NCBI RefSeq assembly: GCF_947568905.1
Contig: NC_079164.1
Span: 100,564,001 to 100,628,000 of the forward strand
Direction: 5' to 3'
Origin: Ostrea edulis
Taxonomy: Eukaryota
DNA: 64,000 nt
The translations under genes were made by a program, and so were the position numbers. Positions 1 through 10,282 of the stretch are shown here, one piece after another. Below the pieces are notes generated by a model, which was given only the letters and a program-made list of their open reading frames with translations, did not search any database and was not told where the DNA came from. Within the stretch, counting starts at the first letter, position 1. Each line of letters starts with the position of its first letter.

Positions 1-1498
1 CATTACTCAATTTTCTTCTCCATTAAACTGTACATTTGACCCAGGCTTGACCAGATTGGTTCAGTGTGAGGAGATGAATTTAAGAGTACCCTTTTTGATG
101 GAGCCTCTATGATGTTTCAGGTAAGAAACACAATATTTAGAGACAGGTTTTCTTGTTGGGTATCATCAGGGATCGAGTCCGGTGGTCTTTTGTCCAGAAA
201 ACTGGATGAATCATTGAGGTGGTTAAATATGTTTTCGTAGAGTATCAGCAAAGCATCCAGGAGTATTTAGGGTCGATTTAAAGATTTATCTATCTAATAC
301 ACCTACCATTGTGAAGGCCCAGACGATTAGGATAGATGGTGAGTTGTGATAGTGGATGTTCATTTGTGTGCAATGCTATACAGTGGGTGATCATTCAGTG
401 GGGAGTTTTATAGACAGTGGGTAGTGGTATATGCCATTCAGTGGGTAGTTTTATAGTGTGATGCTTTACTAGCTCCCAGTAAATCATTCTGAAGACCCTG
501 AGTGTGGATTATATCATAAGGAGAGGTCAGAAGGGTGTTTCTACAGAGATGACCCATTGGATGGTGTACTGGCCACCAACATTACACACCATAAAACATC
601 ATTGATCTGGTGTGATGGATAGAACAGGAGCTTACAAACGAGCATGTACCTGTTAAATTGACACCGGAGCTGTAACAATGTGACCCCTGACAAGTTATTG
701 GAAACAAGCAATGAATTAAAGGAGGCAGACTGGGGGATAATCCTTTGACATAGATGGATGGGATTTTCAGTGCTGAGGTATATAATTACCGTGATTTGTT
801 GTAGCTTCTTGTTCATAGCAGATTAGAAACATTTTATTTACAAGAGCAATTAAAAATATTGTTGTTAATTAAAATAGTGCTCTGTCCTTCTCATACAAAG
901 GTTCTATATGGTTCCAAATGTGTAGTTTGTCAGTGGGTGTCTAAAGAGGATATAAAAATTCTGACTGATTTTCTTATATTGTATATCACAATAATCAATA
1001 GGAAAAAATATCAACATGTAATTTTGCCTTTGAAGTGGTCAATTAAGAAGTGAATTTCATTTTGGAAAATACATGAGGGCATGACCTGGGATGATTCTTG
1101 CTGGCATGTCGTACTTCATGAAAAGTAATTGCCAGCTGAAGTGTTGCAGTTTACATGTTAATATTGAATTGTTTTAGACTGCCAGCATTAACTGGGAGAA
1201 ATAGGGGTAGATAATGGAAGGAAGTTTGTGGGGATGCAATAGAGAGAAAATGGCAATAGGAAGAGAACTGATGGATATCACTTGGGGTGAGGGGGGTGGG
1301 GGTGGGGGGGGGGAGGTTGAGAATTGTGACAGAGTGAGAAAGAAAAGTCACTGACAGGGGAGAAGGGGGCAAAGGAAAGATAATCATTAGGGGTGGGAGT
1401 CAAGGCAAAATTGTAAGTCCCAGAAAATTCCTGTGAATTTCTCATTTCCATATCCTGTCCATCTTAAGCAATGTGCAGTAATCATCACCCCATCACAT

Positions 1499-1750
1499 CA
1501 CCCCTGTCCTCAGAATGCCCCACCCCTGTCTTCAGAATGCCCCACCCCTGTCCTCAGAATGCCCCATCCCTGTCTTCAGAATGCCCCACCCCTGTCTTCA
1601 GAATGTCCCACCCCTGTCTTCAGAATGCCCCTGTTATTACCCCTGTCTTCAGAATGCCCCTCCCCTGTCTTCAGAATGCCCCATCCCTGTCCTCAGAATG
1701 CCCCACCCCTGTCTTCAGAATGCCCCACCCCTGTCTTCAGAATGCCCCAC
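1499..1750. repeat. 22-bp minisatellite (CCCCTGTC[C/T]TCAGAATGCCCCA), about 11 copies
   Basis: Direct tandem periodicity; explains the three overlapping repetitive ORFs at 1433-1909. Confidence 0.95.
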
Positions 1751-3382
1751 TTCTCTTCATTAATTATTTCATCCTTTATGTTTGATATTTACCTGGAAGG
1801 ATGTAATCATTTCCCTGTGTATTTTTTAGCTGAAATATATTTCCCAGCACAGCAATTACAAAGTGAAATCTTATTCCGCAAGTGTCATGAAAACTTGTAC
1901 ATGTTGTAGATTGACATCATATTAGATTTCATTGATCAGAAAAGAACTTTATTTTCTCATAAGGTAATAAATTAAGATATGGATTTCTCAACATCATTTA
2001 GAAAACTTCAACAGGAAGATTTTATTAGATGCAAGAATTGTTTCCTCAACAGCCACACGTAGTTTAGTAACAACATTGATATTAAGAGGGTTCTATGGTT
2101 GCACAGTTCTTTACTTTAGTGGAAATATTTGGAGATTGTGAAGTACTCTAGATAGCAAAATCCAGGTGAGGTATGAAAATGAAGGTCTGTTTATCTGTTA
2201 TTTTGTCTGAAGAGGAGACAAATTGAGAAGAGTGACAGCTGTGTTGCTTTGTGAAAACGTGCAGTCACAATTCATCGGTAAAAATGGAGGCCTATCCATC
2301 GGAAGTCATCCCTCCGGAAGGAAATCAATGAAGTCCTTCTCATTACGCAGTTTATGATATATTTTACTGAAAATCATTGGATGGGAAATAACTAGGCATT
2401 TTGTGGTGTGTTTGTACAGATTCTGCCGACTTTGTGTTATGTTTTAATGGATTTTGTGATATGTTTTAACGGATTCTGAGGGTCAGTGCACCATGTTTTG
2501 TCATCCATTGTATACCTGTGTTGTTTATGTCGCTGAGTGGATAAAAGAGTGTCAATTGATTCAAACTCATTTTTAGACAATTTAAGACATTTGCCAAAAA
2601 GAGGTCTTGAATCTTTAAATCACAAAGCAGTCTTAAAATATGATATACCTATGTAGAGATAACACAGGAGATGGTTTGAAATTTAAAACTCTCTGAAGAC
2701 AAATTTCATAATAGATATGGAGAATAGGGGAAAAAGCTTGATCACCCAAGTCAGCAATCTCACAAAGAAACTTAAACAAAACAAAAATAAAAATGTCCTA
2801 AAAATGAATAACAGAAAAATGGGGTAGAAACTGATGTTCTGAAGATAATGAGACTAGCACCTCGATCATGCAGCATGTGAAAAACAAGAGCAAGACTACC
2901 AGCCTAAGGGGAATGTGTTAGCCAACACGATTCCATGTTTGTCATTAGCATCAAAAATTCATTTGATGTTTCAGATCTTATTCCGAGGCTGTGTTAATCA
3001 AGTGTAATACAGAGAGGATTGTAAATTCATCTCCTAAATCCCTAATGTCAATAATTAATGAGTTTTTTTTTTTTATGTGAATATCCTGTGAAGTACTCTG
3101 AGAGATATTTGATAGATATATACTAAATTGAAACCTGTTTACCATCTTAAGCCCGAGTTATACTGCCAACATGGTTTACAATTGCTTTTTGATTGAATTT
3201 TTGACTTATTTAATCAAAACGTTTATTCTATGTTGATACGGAATTTAATGAACACCAGTGGATAGGAATATTTGGTGACATTTGGTTTGTGAGAATTTAA
3301 CTCTGGCAACATGTGGTCGGAATGAGATAATGTTGTGCATCCCTGGACAGGAGAATTGTAGCAGCCTGTGATCTCATTACAG

Positions 3383-3487
3383 ATTTATCCGGATGAGGAT
3401 CTAACGACGGAAGTCATGAACAGCCTGGTGCGGTGTCGGAATTCCAAGGATGGATGTCGATGGATTGGCAAGCTCCACATCTTACAG
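3383..3487 (+). CDS. TRAF4: TRAF4 exon (IYPDEDLTTEVMNSLVRCRNSKDGCRWIGKLHILQ), post-RING zinc-finger region
   Basis: cattacag acceptor, CAG|gtaaag donor, phase 0/0; aligns to recalled vertebrate TRAF4 IYPDPELEVQVLGLPIRCIHSEEGCRWSG. Confidence 0.92.
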
Positions 3488-4093
3488 GTAAAGTGCAGGT
3501 ATCAGTATCTCGTAAAAAATAACTGATCTAAATTAAATTCAAATTTTAGATGATTAGAATTGTTCATATACACAAAGCATGTCTTTATTTTATCAAATGC
3601 AAAGAAATTTATAAGATTTTGTTTTTAATTGCTTTGTTCCATGTTAAATTTTTAGAGGGCTGAGATGAAGTCTGAGAGGAAATAATTTGTTCATAATTTG
3701 TTTTCGATATGGTCTGCTTAATTTGATTGAATATGAATTTGTTTTAACGAGTAACACACACATTTGATATCTGTAACACGTTGTGACTGATCATTATCAC
3801 TATTCACTAACAGTATCGAGTAACAGTACTAGCATCAAATATCTCCCCATTATTACTGAATTTCATCATGTGATACAGATAAAATTGACACCCCACATAT
3901 ACTTCGCAACAAATCAATTTTAAACATCATGAAACTGAAAACTTGAATATCAATATGAAAGAAATATGTTGTATTTAAACAGCAAGTCCTTGCATGTATT
4001 TATGTCATTCTTTAGGTGAAATAAAATTAAGTAGTCAGATTTGACATTTTAAGGGAGATAACTGTTACAGTCATATCTGCTTGTTTTCTTCAG

Positions 4094-4258
4094 ACACATC
4101 TGGACGAGTGCCAGTTTGACTCAGTGCCCTGCCCCCTGAGGTGTGGGGCGGTGCTGTCCCGTCTGGACTTGGAGGACCACCTAGAATTTACCTGCTGCAG
4201 ACGCCAGGTGGTTTGTGACTTCTGTGGGAAGAAATTCCCCGGAGATGTCTATGAAAAG
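4094..4258 (+). CDS. TRAF4: TRAF4 exon, TRAF-type zinc finger (THLDECQFDSVPCPLRCG...CDFCGKKFPGDVYEK)
   Basis: ttcttcag acceptor, AAG|gtaatg donor, 165 nt, phase 0/0, Cys/His pattern of TRAF zinc fingers. Confidence 0.93.
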
Positions 4259-4292
4259 GTAATGATTAGCAGCGCGGGTAACAAAAGGTAAA

Positions 4293-4430
4293 ACCACGGA
4301 TGTTTCACATGATCAGCAGAAAGTTACAAGTAAAAACATAGGAATGAAATGATACCTAAGCACCACAGGTGTTTCACATGATCAGCAGAAAGTTACAAGT
4401 AAAAATGTAGGGATGAAATGATACAGCACC
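4293..4430. repeat. 69-bp direct duplication (2 copies) in TRAF4 intron
   Basis: accac...tgtttcacatgatcagcagaaagttacaagtaaaaa at 4293 and 4362. Confidence 0.85.
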
Positions 4431-4559
4431 TTCATGATTCGACACAAATCAGAATTTAATAATCTCCATTTCATTGTGTTTAATTTCCAAAACATACAAT
4501 GAATTATTGTCTTGTAGACATTTATACTAAACATGAGTTTTATTCTTCTTACACAGCAG

Positions 4560-4718
4560 CATTCAGGGCAGTGTATCTCAGAAGTCCTGTGGTGTGAGAA
4601 CAAATGTGGCGCTCGTCTGGAGAGGCGGTTCCTAGCCAACCACATGAGAAACGAATGCCACAAACGAACAGTTCACTGTCAGTTCTGTAACAGGGAATTC
4701 GTACAGGAGACATTGCAG
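4560..4718 (+). CDS. TRAF4: TRAF4 exon, zinc finger (HSGQCISEVLWCENKCGARLERRFLANHMRNECHKRTVHCQFCNREFVQETLQ); alternative start at 4557
   Basis: acacag-cag tandem acceptor, CAG|gtaatt donor; matches recalled TRAF4 CENKCGARMMRR motif. Confidence 0.93.
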
Positions 4719-5878
4719 GTAATTGGAGAAAAAAAGAAAATATGAATAGTTCCAGACTGATAGTACGGGTATATATATAGATCATTGAGACCCTAGTATG
4801 GAGGGGGAGGGGGATGAGGCTTTTCTATTTATTGTATGTTTATTGATGAATAAGTCTTGATATCAAATATTCTAACATGTAATTCTTGATATCAAGAATT
4901 CAGTCATAGTTTCTTGATTTTAAAAAACATGAAGGAATTCCTTCTGTCAATAAAATGAAGTTTATAGATTCATTCTATAGATATTTTTTATAAGAATCTC
5001 TATTAATTCTACATCCAAAGTCTCTGAGATTATGGGTGATCAAAGTTTGGAAATGGCTTGTTTCTTTTTCTTGCCAGTCTCTCCCAAGGTTGTCGTTCTT
5101 TAGAACCAACTTTTGGTAGAGGTTATTGACTGCAATGAATTGACTGCAATGAATTCATTGCAAGTTTTCTATTGAAACTTTTAGATATCACAGCTTACTC
5201 ATAAATCTAGTTAATCAACATTCTCTGCATTGCTTACCAGATATATTTAAGAACTAGATTTTTGAAAATACATGTACATGAGGGATATGAATTACAATAC
5301 TTCATGCTGGCATATTTCAAAGAGCTTGTTAGTACTTCACCTAAAGTATGCCGGCGTAAAGCATTGCAAGATCATTCATCATGTGTTCTCAAACATTTAT
5401 TTTTTATATTTACATTCTACTATCATTTCTGTCAGAATTCCTTACAACCATTAAAATAAATGTACTATAATATTTGTCAAATAATTCTGTAATCATACTC
5501 GCATTGTTTACTATACTGTAGCATATACACGACGAAATGCCTATCATTACATTTTGTAAATTATCAAAGACAAAAACTTTGGAAATGAGAATATTTTTTT
5601 ATGAATCATATAAACAAAGCATTCTTTTGTCAGTATGAGGCACATACTTTTCGAAAGGGGGCATATATCTTCAAATGCATACATTTTCAATGGCACTCAG
5701 AAGAAAAAAAATAGCCCACTTGATATTTCAGCAAAGAAGTAATAAACAGAAAATCCACACTTCATATGCTACTTTGCAGGATAATTTTATAATACAATTT
5801 TTATAAAAATTTTATTTTTTTTTAAAATCAGCATTGTAAGAAAATATGTTAAAGTAAAGAAATGTTTTTTGTATATAG

Positions 5879-6034
5879 ACTCATCAATACCATTGTCCCA
5901 GATTCCCCGTGGTGTGCCCCAACAGGTGTGACCCCACAAAGATCCCGCGGGAGGACCTTGATCTTCATGTCTCTGAACTCTGCCCCTCGGCCACCATTTC
6001 CTGTTCCTTCAGAGATGCAGGATGTAAACACAAG
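5879..6034 (+). CDS. TRAF4: TRAF4 exon, zinc finger (THQYHCPRFPVVCPNRC...CSFRDAGCKHK)
   Basis: tatatag acceptor, AAG|gtaaga donor, 156 nt, phase 0/0; matches recalled HQYQCPRLPVACPNQC...CPFKDSGCKHR. Confidence 0.93.
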
Positions 6035-7129
6035 GTAAGAGTTAACTCCCTTTGAAAGCATTTTCAATCACTGAATTTTACCGTTAGGTGGTATGCTAAT
6101 TGATGAATTTATGTAGGGAATCTACATAAGTCGCGATGATACTTAAAAAAAAAAGTTGTCATGATTTCAATGAAATTATAGTTGAAGAAATATATGAACA
6201 TTTATTTTATGATATTAACATTTGCCTTTGAGGACATAGGATGTCCTCAAAAAATTGTTGTAGAAAAAATTGTTATAGAACTTTGTAAAACCATTTGTAA
6301 ATGATTTGATAATGCTGAAAACCCATATTTACCATGAAATTTCCTTTGAAATCACTTTTGTTTTTGTGTAATTTACAAGTCTTTACTTGAAAATTCAGTG
6401 GGAAAACATTACCAAAAAATTGTAATCCCTCAAAACTGTTTTTATTAGTGCATTTCATGTAGTAATGACCGAATTGGATGTACATTGTTGTTTTATAAAA
6501 TCCCTCGTAAACACTGCAAAATCCTACTTCATTTGATGCATCCAAAATCTTGGGTATCCTATGGCTTTAAACTTTTGGAGCAAGCACACATTAAAGGACT
6601 GTAGTACAATCCCCTGAACAACGCCATGTTTACCTCCAAAACATGAGCATTTGACTAGAATTTTACTATTTTATCAAATTATGATGCAGACAGATTGTGA
6701 AATAGACTTTTCTGACGTTAAAATACAATGGATATCTCATACTATACAGCAATGATTGAAGAATGTAAAAAAAATTCCTGTTATCTGGATGAAAAAAAAG
6801 TTGAAATGAAGAATCTGAACTGTGTTAAAACAAAGAAAACCTATAGTGACTTATGTTTTACAAATATTACTGTGTGCAACAGTGTGTTGTCTCAGGAAAA
6901 AAAGTGAAGAACTTTCCAACATCTAAATGATGCATCATTCTGTTTGGTTTATTGAAAATGAAGCTTTGAAATAATTCTGTACATAATACAAATCTCTAAG
7001 TTTTGAATAAGTCTATATGTAATACTGTGACATATCTAGTTTTGGATGATTTAGGTGGTGTTTATGTACAATAATATTTTGAAATGGAAAACTTTCAAAA
7101 CTTTATTTAGTCAAAATTTAAGTTAAAAA

Positions 7130-7320
7130 AAGAAGATTAAAACCAGTGATGGACTCAAACCAGTGATCTACAGATTAGCAGTCAACAAGTTAACTCAAAC
7201 TGAGCTACTCAGCTGAGCAAACAAATTTAAAAGGAATATACAAATATTACTGATATTTATTTACCATTTATGTTTTAAAAGGAAGTTGGCCATCATGAAA
7301 GTATAGTATTACTTCCTAAA
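7130..7320 (-). mobile_element. Fragment of a non-autonomous DNA element with a tRNA-like A/B-box segment (same family as 23721-24033)
   Basis: Reverse complement resembles 23725-23890 (atggccaacttccttttaaaa...aatatcagtaatatttgt...tgagtagctcag...gtagatcactggtttgagtcc). Confidence 0.6.
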
Positions 7321-7423
7321 TAAAGCCATGTTACAACAAGTTGCCACTGGATATCATTATGATAGGGATAAATTGGTAAAGATTCAACACGAATCTCTGA
7401 AATCTTAATTTTCCTGTTTGTAG

Positions 7424-8038
7424 TGTCCAAGATTCAGCATGGAGAAACACATAACAGACAATGTACAGCATCATCTCAAGCTCATGTGTGATTTATCAAA
7501 ATCTCAACAAAACCAAATCACTCAACTGTGCAATGCCCTGTATTCACTCACGCACGTCACAGATGGTGTGTTCATCTGGAAGCTCGAGAACTATAAGCAG
7601 AAGTTCCTGGAATCGGCGTACAAGAGTGTAGAACTTGTAAGTGAGCCATTCTACACATCAAGATATGGCTACAAAATGGCTGCCTCAGTGTTCCTGAATG
7701 GAAATGGTGCAGGAGAAGGGAAATATTTATCAGTGTACATAAAAATCCTCCCAGGGGAGTATGACAACATTCTGGAATGGCCATTCACGTTGCCCATTTC
7801 ATTTTCCATTTATGACCAGAATTTGGAATATGACCTGAGAGCAAACATCACTGAAAGTTTTCTGCCAGATCCAACATGGAAGCACTTTCAGAAACCAGTC
7901 AAAGACACTTCCACTCTGGGTTTTGGTTACCCCAAGTTCGTGTCTCACGAAATCCTGAAAACCAGAAACTACATCAAAGATGACAGCATTATCATTAAAG
8001 TGAAAGTAGACAGCTACAAAAATTGCATGTCTCCATGA
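7424..8038 (+). CDS. TRAF4: TRAF4 terminal exon: short coiled coil plus MATH/TRAF-C domain
   Basis: gtttgtag acceptor; DGVFIWK, FYTSRYGYK, FLNGNGAGEGKYLSVYIKILPGEYDNILEWPF, PDPTWKHFQKP and LGFGYPKFVSH are TRAF4-type MATH motifs; stop at 8036-8038. Confidence 0.96.
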   Translation, partial: CPRFSMEKHITDNVQHHLKLMCDLSKSQQNQITQLCNALYSLTHVTDGVFIWKLENYKQKFLESAYKSVELVSEPFYTSRYGYKMAASVFLNGNGAGEGKYLSVYIKILPGEYDNILEWPFTLPISFSIYDQNLEYDLRANITESFLPDPTWKHFQKPVKDTSTLGFGYPKFVSHEILKTRNYIKDDSIIIKVKVDSYKNCMSP

Positions 8039-9218
8039 CTACCTCCTTGAAAAATCAAATGGATAAATGTTTTCATTATTACGATATTTAATTTTATGTA
8101 TTGTAATTGTAAATTATGGTATTTTAAAATCTGTGTGTCTTCATACCTTGTTTGATGTATGACAGAAGTATGTAAAGAATGTGTCCCTGTCAAAAGAAGG
8201 AAGCCTTGTTATTATATTACTAACAAGGCCTACATTGACTGATTGCTTTCCACGATTTATCAATGTGTGTTTGTGTGTGAATGAAAAGTGAAATTGATTG
8301 ATTGTTATTCCATATACACCTCATGTCACTATTTGAAATAAATAATTGAAAACTTGACAGATTTAAAAAAAAAATGTATTCATGATAGTGATGATTACTA
8401 GGGTTCTGATATGTATGCAAATGTGATGTTTAATTTTAAACAGATTTAACAAGGAATTTAATTCATCAGATCATGATTTTTAATTTATGATGATTGAAAA
8501 AAAAAAGTTGTTTTCTTAACGATACAGCTGGTCTTGCCAGTGACATTAATTTTCTTGATCCACCGTGTGTAACTCAAAACTGAAACTTGGTTCCGTTTTT
8601 GTTCTCATCCATAAACCTCATTAATTTATTTATCATTTTACTGTAAACGCTTTCCAAACCATGAAATCCGTAGCTGAAATGGTTTGATCTAGTTGAGGAA
8701 GCTACAATAATTTTCACAAGTTACGAAATTAAATCACCGATACTTGCCAAACAAATGAAATCTAAAAAGGCGAAAGAGATGTGACTTCCTGGAGGAAAAC
8801 TTGCACCTTAAACAAAACCTTCATTATTTTGGAACACTTTCGTATTCATCTCACGGCGTTTAATCATTAGGTGGATGCAGTTTGAAGTATAAGCTTTATA
8901 TAAATTATATCCACATTTGACATCTTTCAATTAATGATGCACGTGCCCTCTTCTACTAATAGAAACAAACGAATGTCTGCGACGGACGTCCGGTTCTGGT
9001 CTGCATTTTGACGACATTGGATGCAGTGGAGTAACTTTCTTTCCAGCCAGTTTATGAACTTGGAATATATTACAGAGATTGATTTATGTATGCAATAGAT
9101 GATATACACATCATTGAACGATTAATCAACAGGAAATCTGGATAAAATAACCTGTCGATGATCGCAGGTAGATGTGCTAGCAGTTCGCCATTTTCTGTGA
9201 CTGATTTTGGTGAGAGAC

Positions 9219-9290
9219 ATGGAGTTTCTTTACCAGTGGCTGTGTTTGGTGTGTGCGTTGTTTCAAGCTTCTGGACAGATCCTTTCGGGG
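9219..9290 (+). CDS. Exon 1 (signal-peptide-like, MEFLYQWLCLVCALFQASGQILSG) of the large secreted low-complexity protein
   Basis: ATG, hydrophobic core, ASG cleavage-like site, GGG|gtaaac phase-0 donor compatible with the phase-0 acceptor at 10282/10283. Confidence 0.7.
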
Positions 9291-9509
9291 GTAAACAGCA
9301 TTTCTTTTACTTTTGTTATTCAAATTTTGTTTTTAAGAAATGGACTTTAACCAATGATATGTTGAGCGTTTAGATGTAAATTGCTAGTGTCAGTGGGAGT
9401 AAATCATTTCTAGTATTGATATCGTGAGACAAATATATTGTTCGTTCGTTTGTTTTAAGTCCCTTCAATGTTTATTTCACTGATACTGGGATATAACCAG
9501 CTGTAAAGT

Positions 9510-9875
9510 ACCGGTCGCTCAGTGGTAGAGTGTTCGCTCCATAACCGGGAGGTCGCAAGTTCGAGGCTCTTTCATGTCATGGCCGCGTCAAACCTAAGAC
9601 GTAAACATAGATAAATCTAGTGATTGCTCTTTCGCCAAACGCTCGGCATTTAAAAGAAAGGTTAAGATAATGAACAGTGAGAATCATGGATCTTTAGGAC
9701 ATGACCTTAAAAACAGAGGTCACGTGTCGTGACAGGCGTTGGCACGTTAGAGAACCTCACTGCTACAGTCGTAAGCGCTAAGCATAGGTCTAAATTTGTA
9801 ATCAACTACAACTGGTGACGTCTGAATATGATTAAAAAATTTCTACGGGGCGTAAAACAAACAAACAACTAACAA
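9510..9875 (+). mobile_element. tRNA-derived SINE (bivalve Meta/Deu-domain-like)
   Basis: A box (ctcagtggtagag), B box (gttcgagg), body gtcaaacctaagacg...cgtgtcgtgacaggcgttggcacgtta, (AAAC)n tail; family assignment from recall. Confidence 0.75.
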
Positions 9876-10149
9876 GCTGTAGATGAGGTGCCACAAATTT
9901 AGCTCATGCGTGGCGCTCAGGGCCGTAGCAGGGAGGATTCTTTATCGTGCCAACGTCTGCCGCGACACGGGACTTCGGTTATTAAAATATTACTCAAAAG
10001 ACCTACAATTCTTATTGTAAGTGCCATGCGTTTGGTCAAGGAGCAAGCACTACCTATTTTTACGTCTTATGTTTAACACGAGTGGGGCTCAAACCCACGA
10101 CCTTTCTTCACGAAACGAACGCTTAAACCACTGAGTCACCGCGACCGGT
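9875..10149 (-). mobile_element. Second copy of the same SINE family, 3'-truncated, inverted and abutting the first
   Basis: Reverse complement reads accggtcgcggtgactcagtggtttaagcg...gtttgagcccc...aaacataagacgtaaaataggtagtg...gtcccgtgtcgcggcagacgttggcacgataaagaa...aaatttgtggcacc. Confidence 0.75.
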
Positions 10150-10282
10150 GCACGTAGGACTAAATATGATTCAGTACAAGTGTTGACACGGTGAGACTGA
10201 ATGGTGTTAGTTTGAATAAATTCAAATTAGTACAAATCCCGTTCAGAGGGGAATATGACACCGAATCTGATTCCTTTTTCAG

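Noticed and set aside
45-120. Possible TRAF4 RING-linker exon (strong CAG|gtaaga donor; FKSTLFDGASMMFQ is the same length as recalled human FKCPEDQLPLDYAK)
   Set aside because: An in-frame TGA at 67-69 follows every plausible acceptor and the zinc-ligand Cys is absent; the RING exons probably lie upstream of the window
1433-1909. Repetitive ORFs in three frames (also 61444-61746, 15068-15630)
   Set aside because: Products of stop-poor minisatellites whose unit lengths are mostly not multiples of three
2283-2330. ETS-like motifs and a short ATG ORF as an internal TRAF4 promoter for a RING-less isoform
   Set aside because: Two short motifs are not enough evidence, and no linked donor could be assigned
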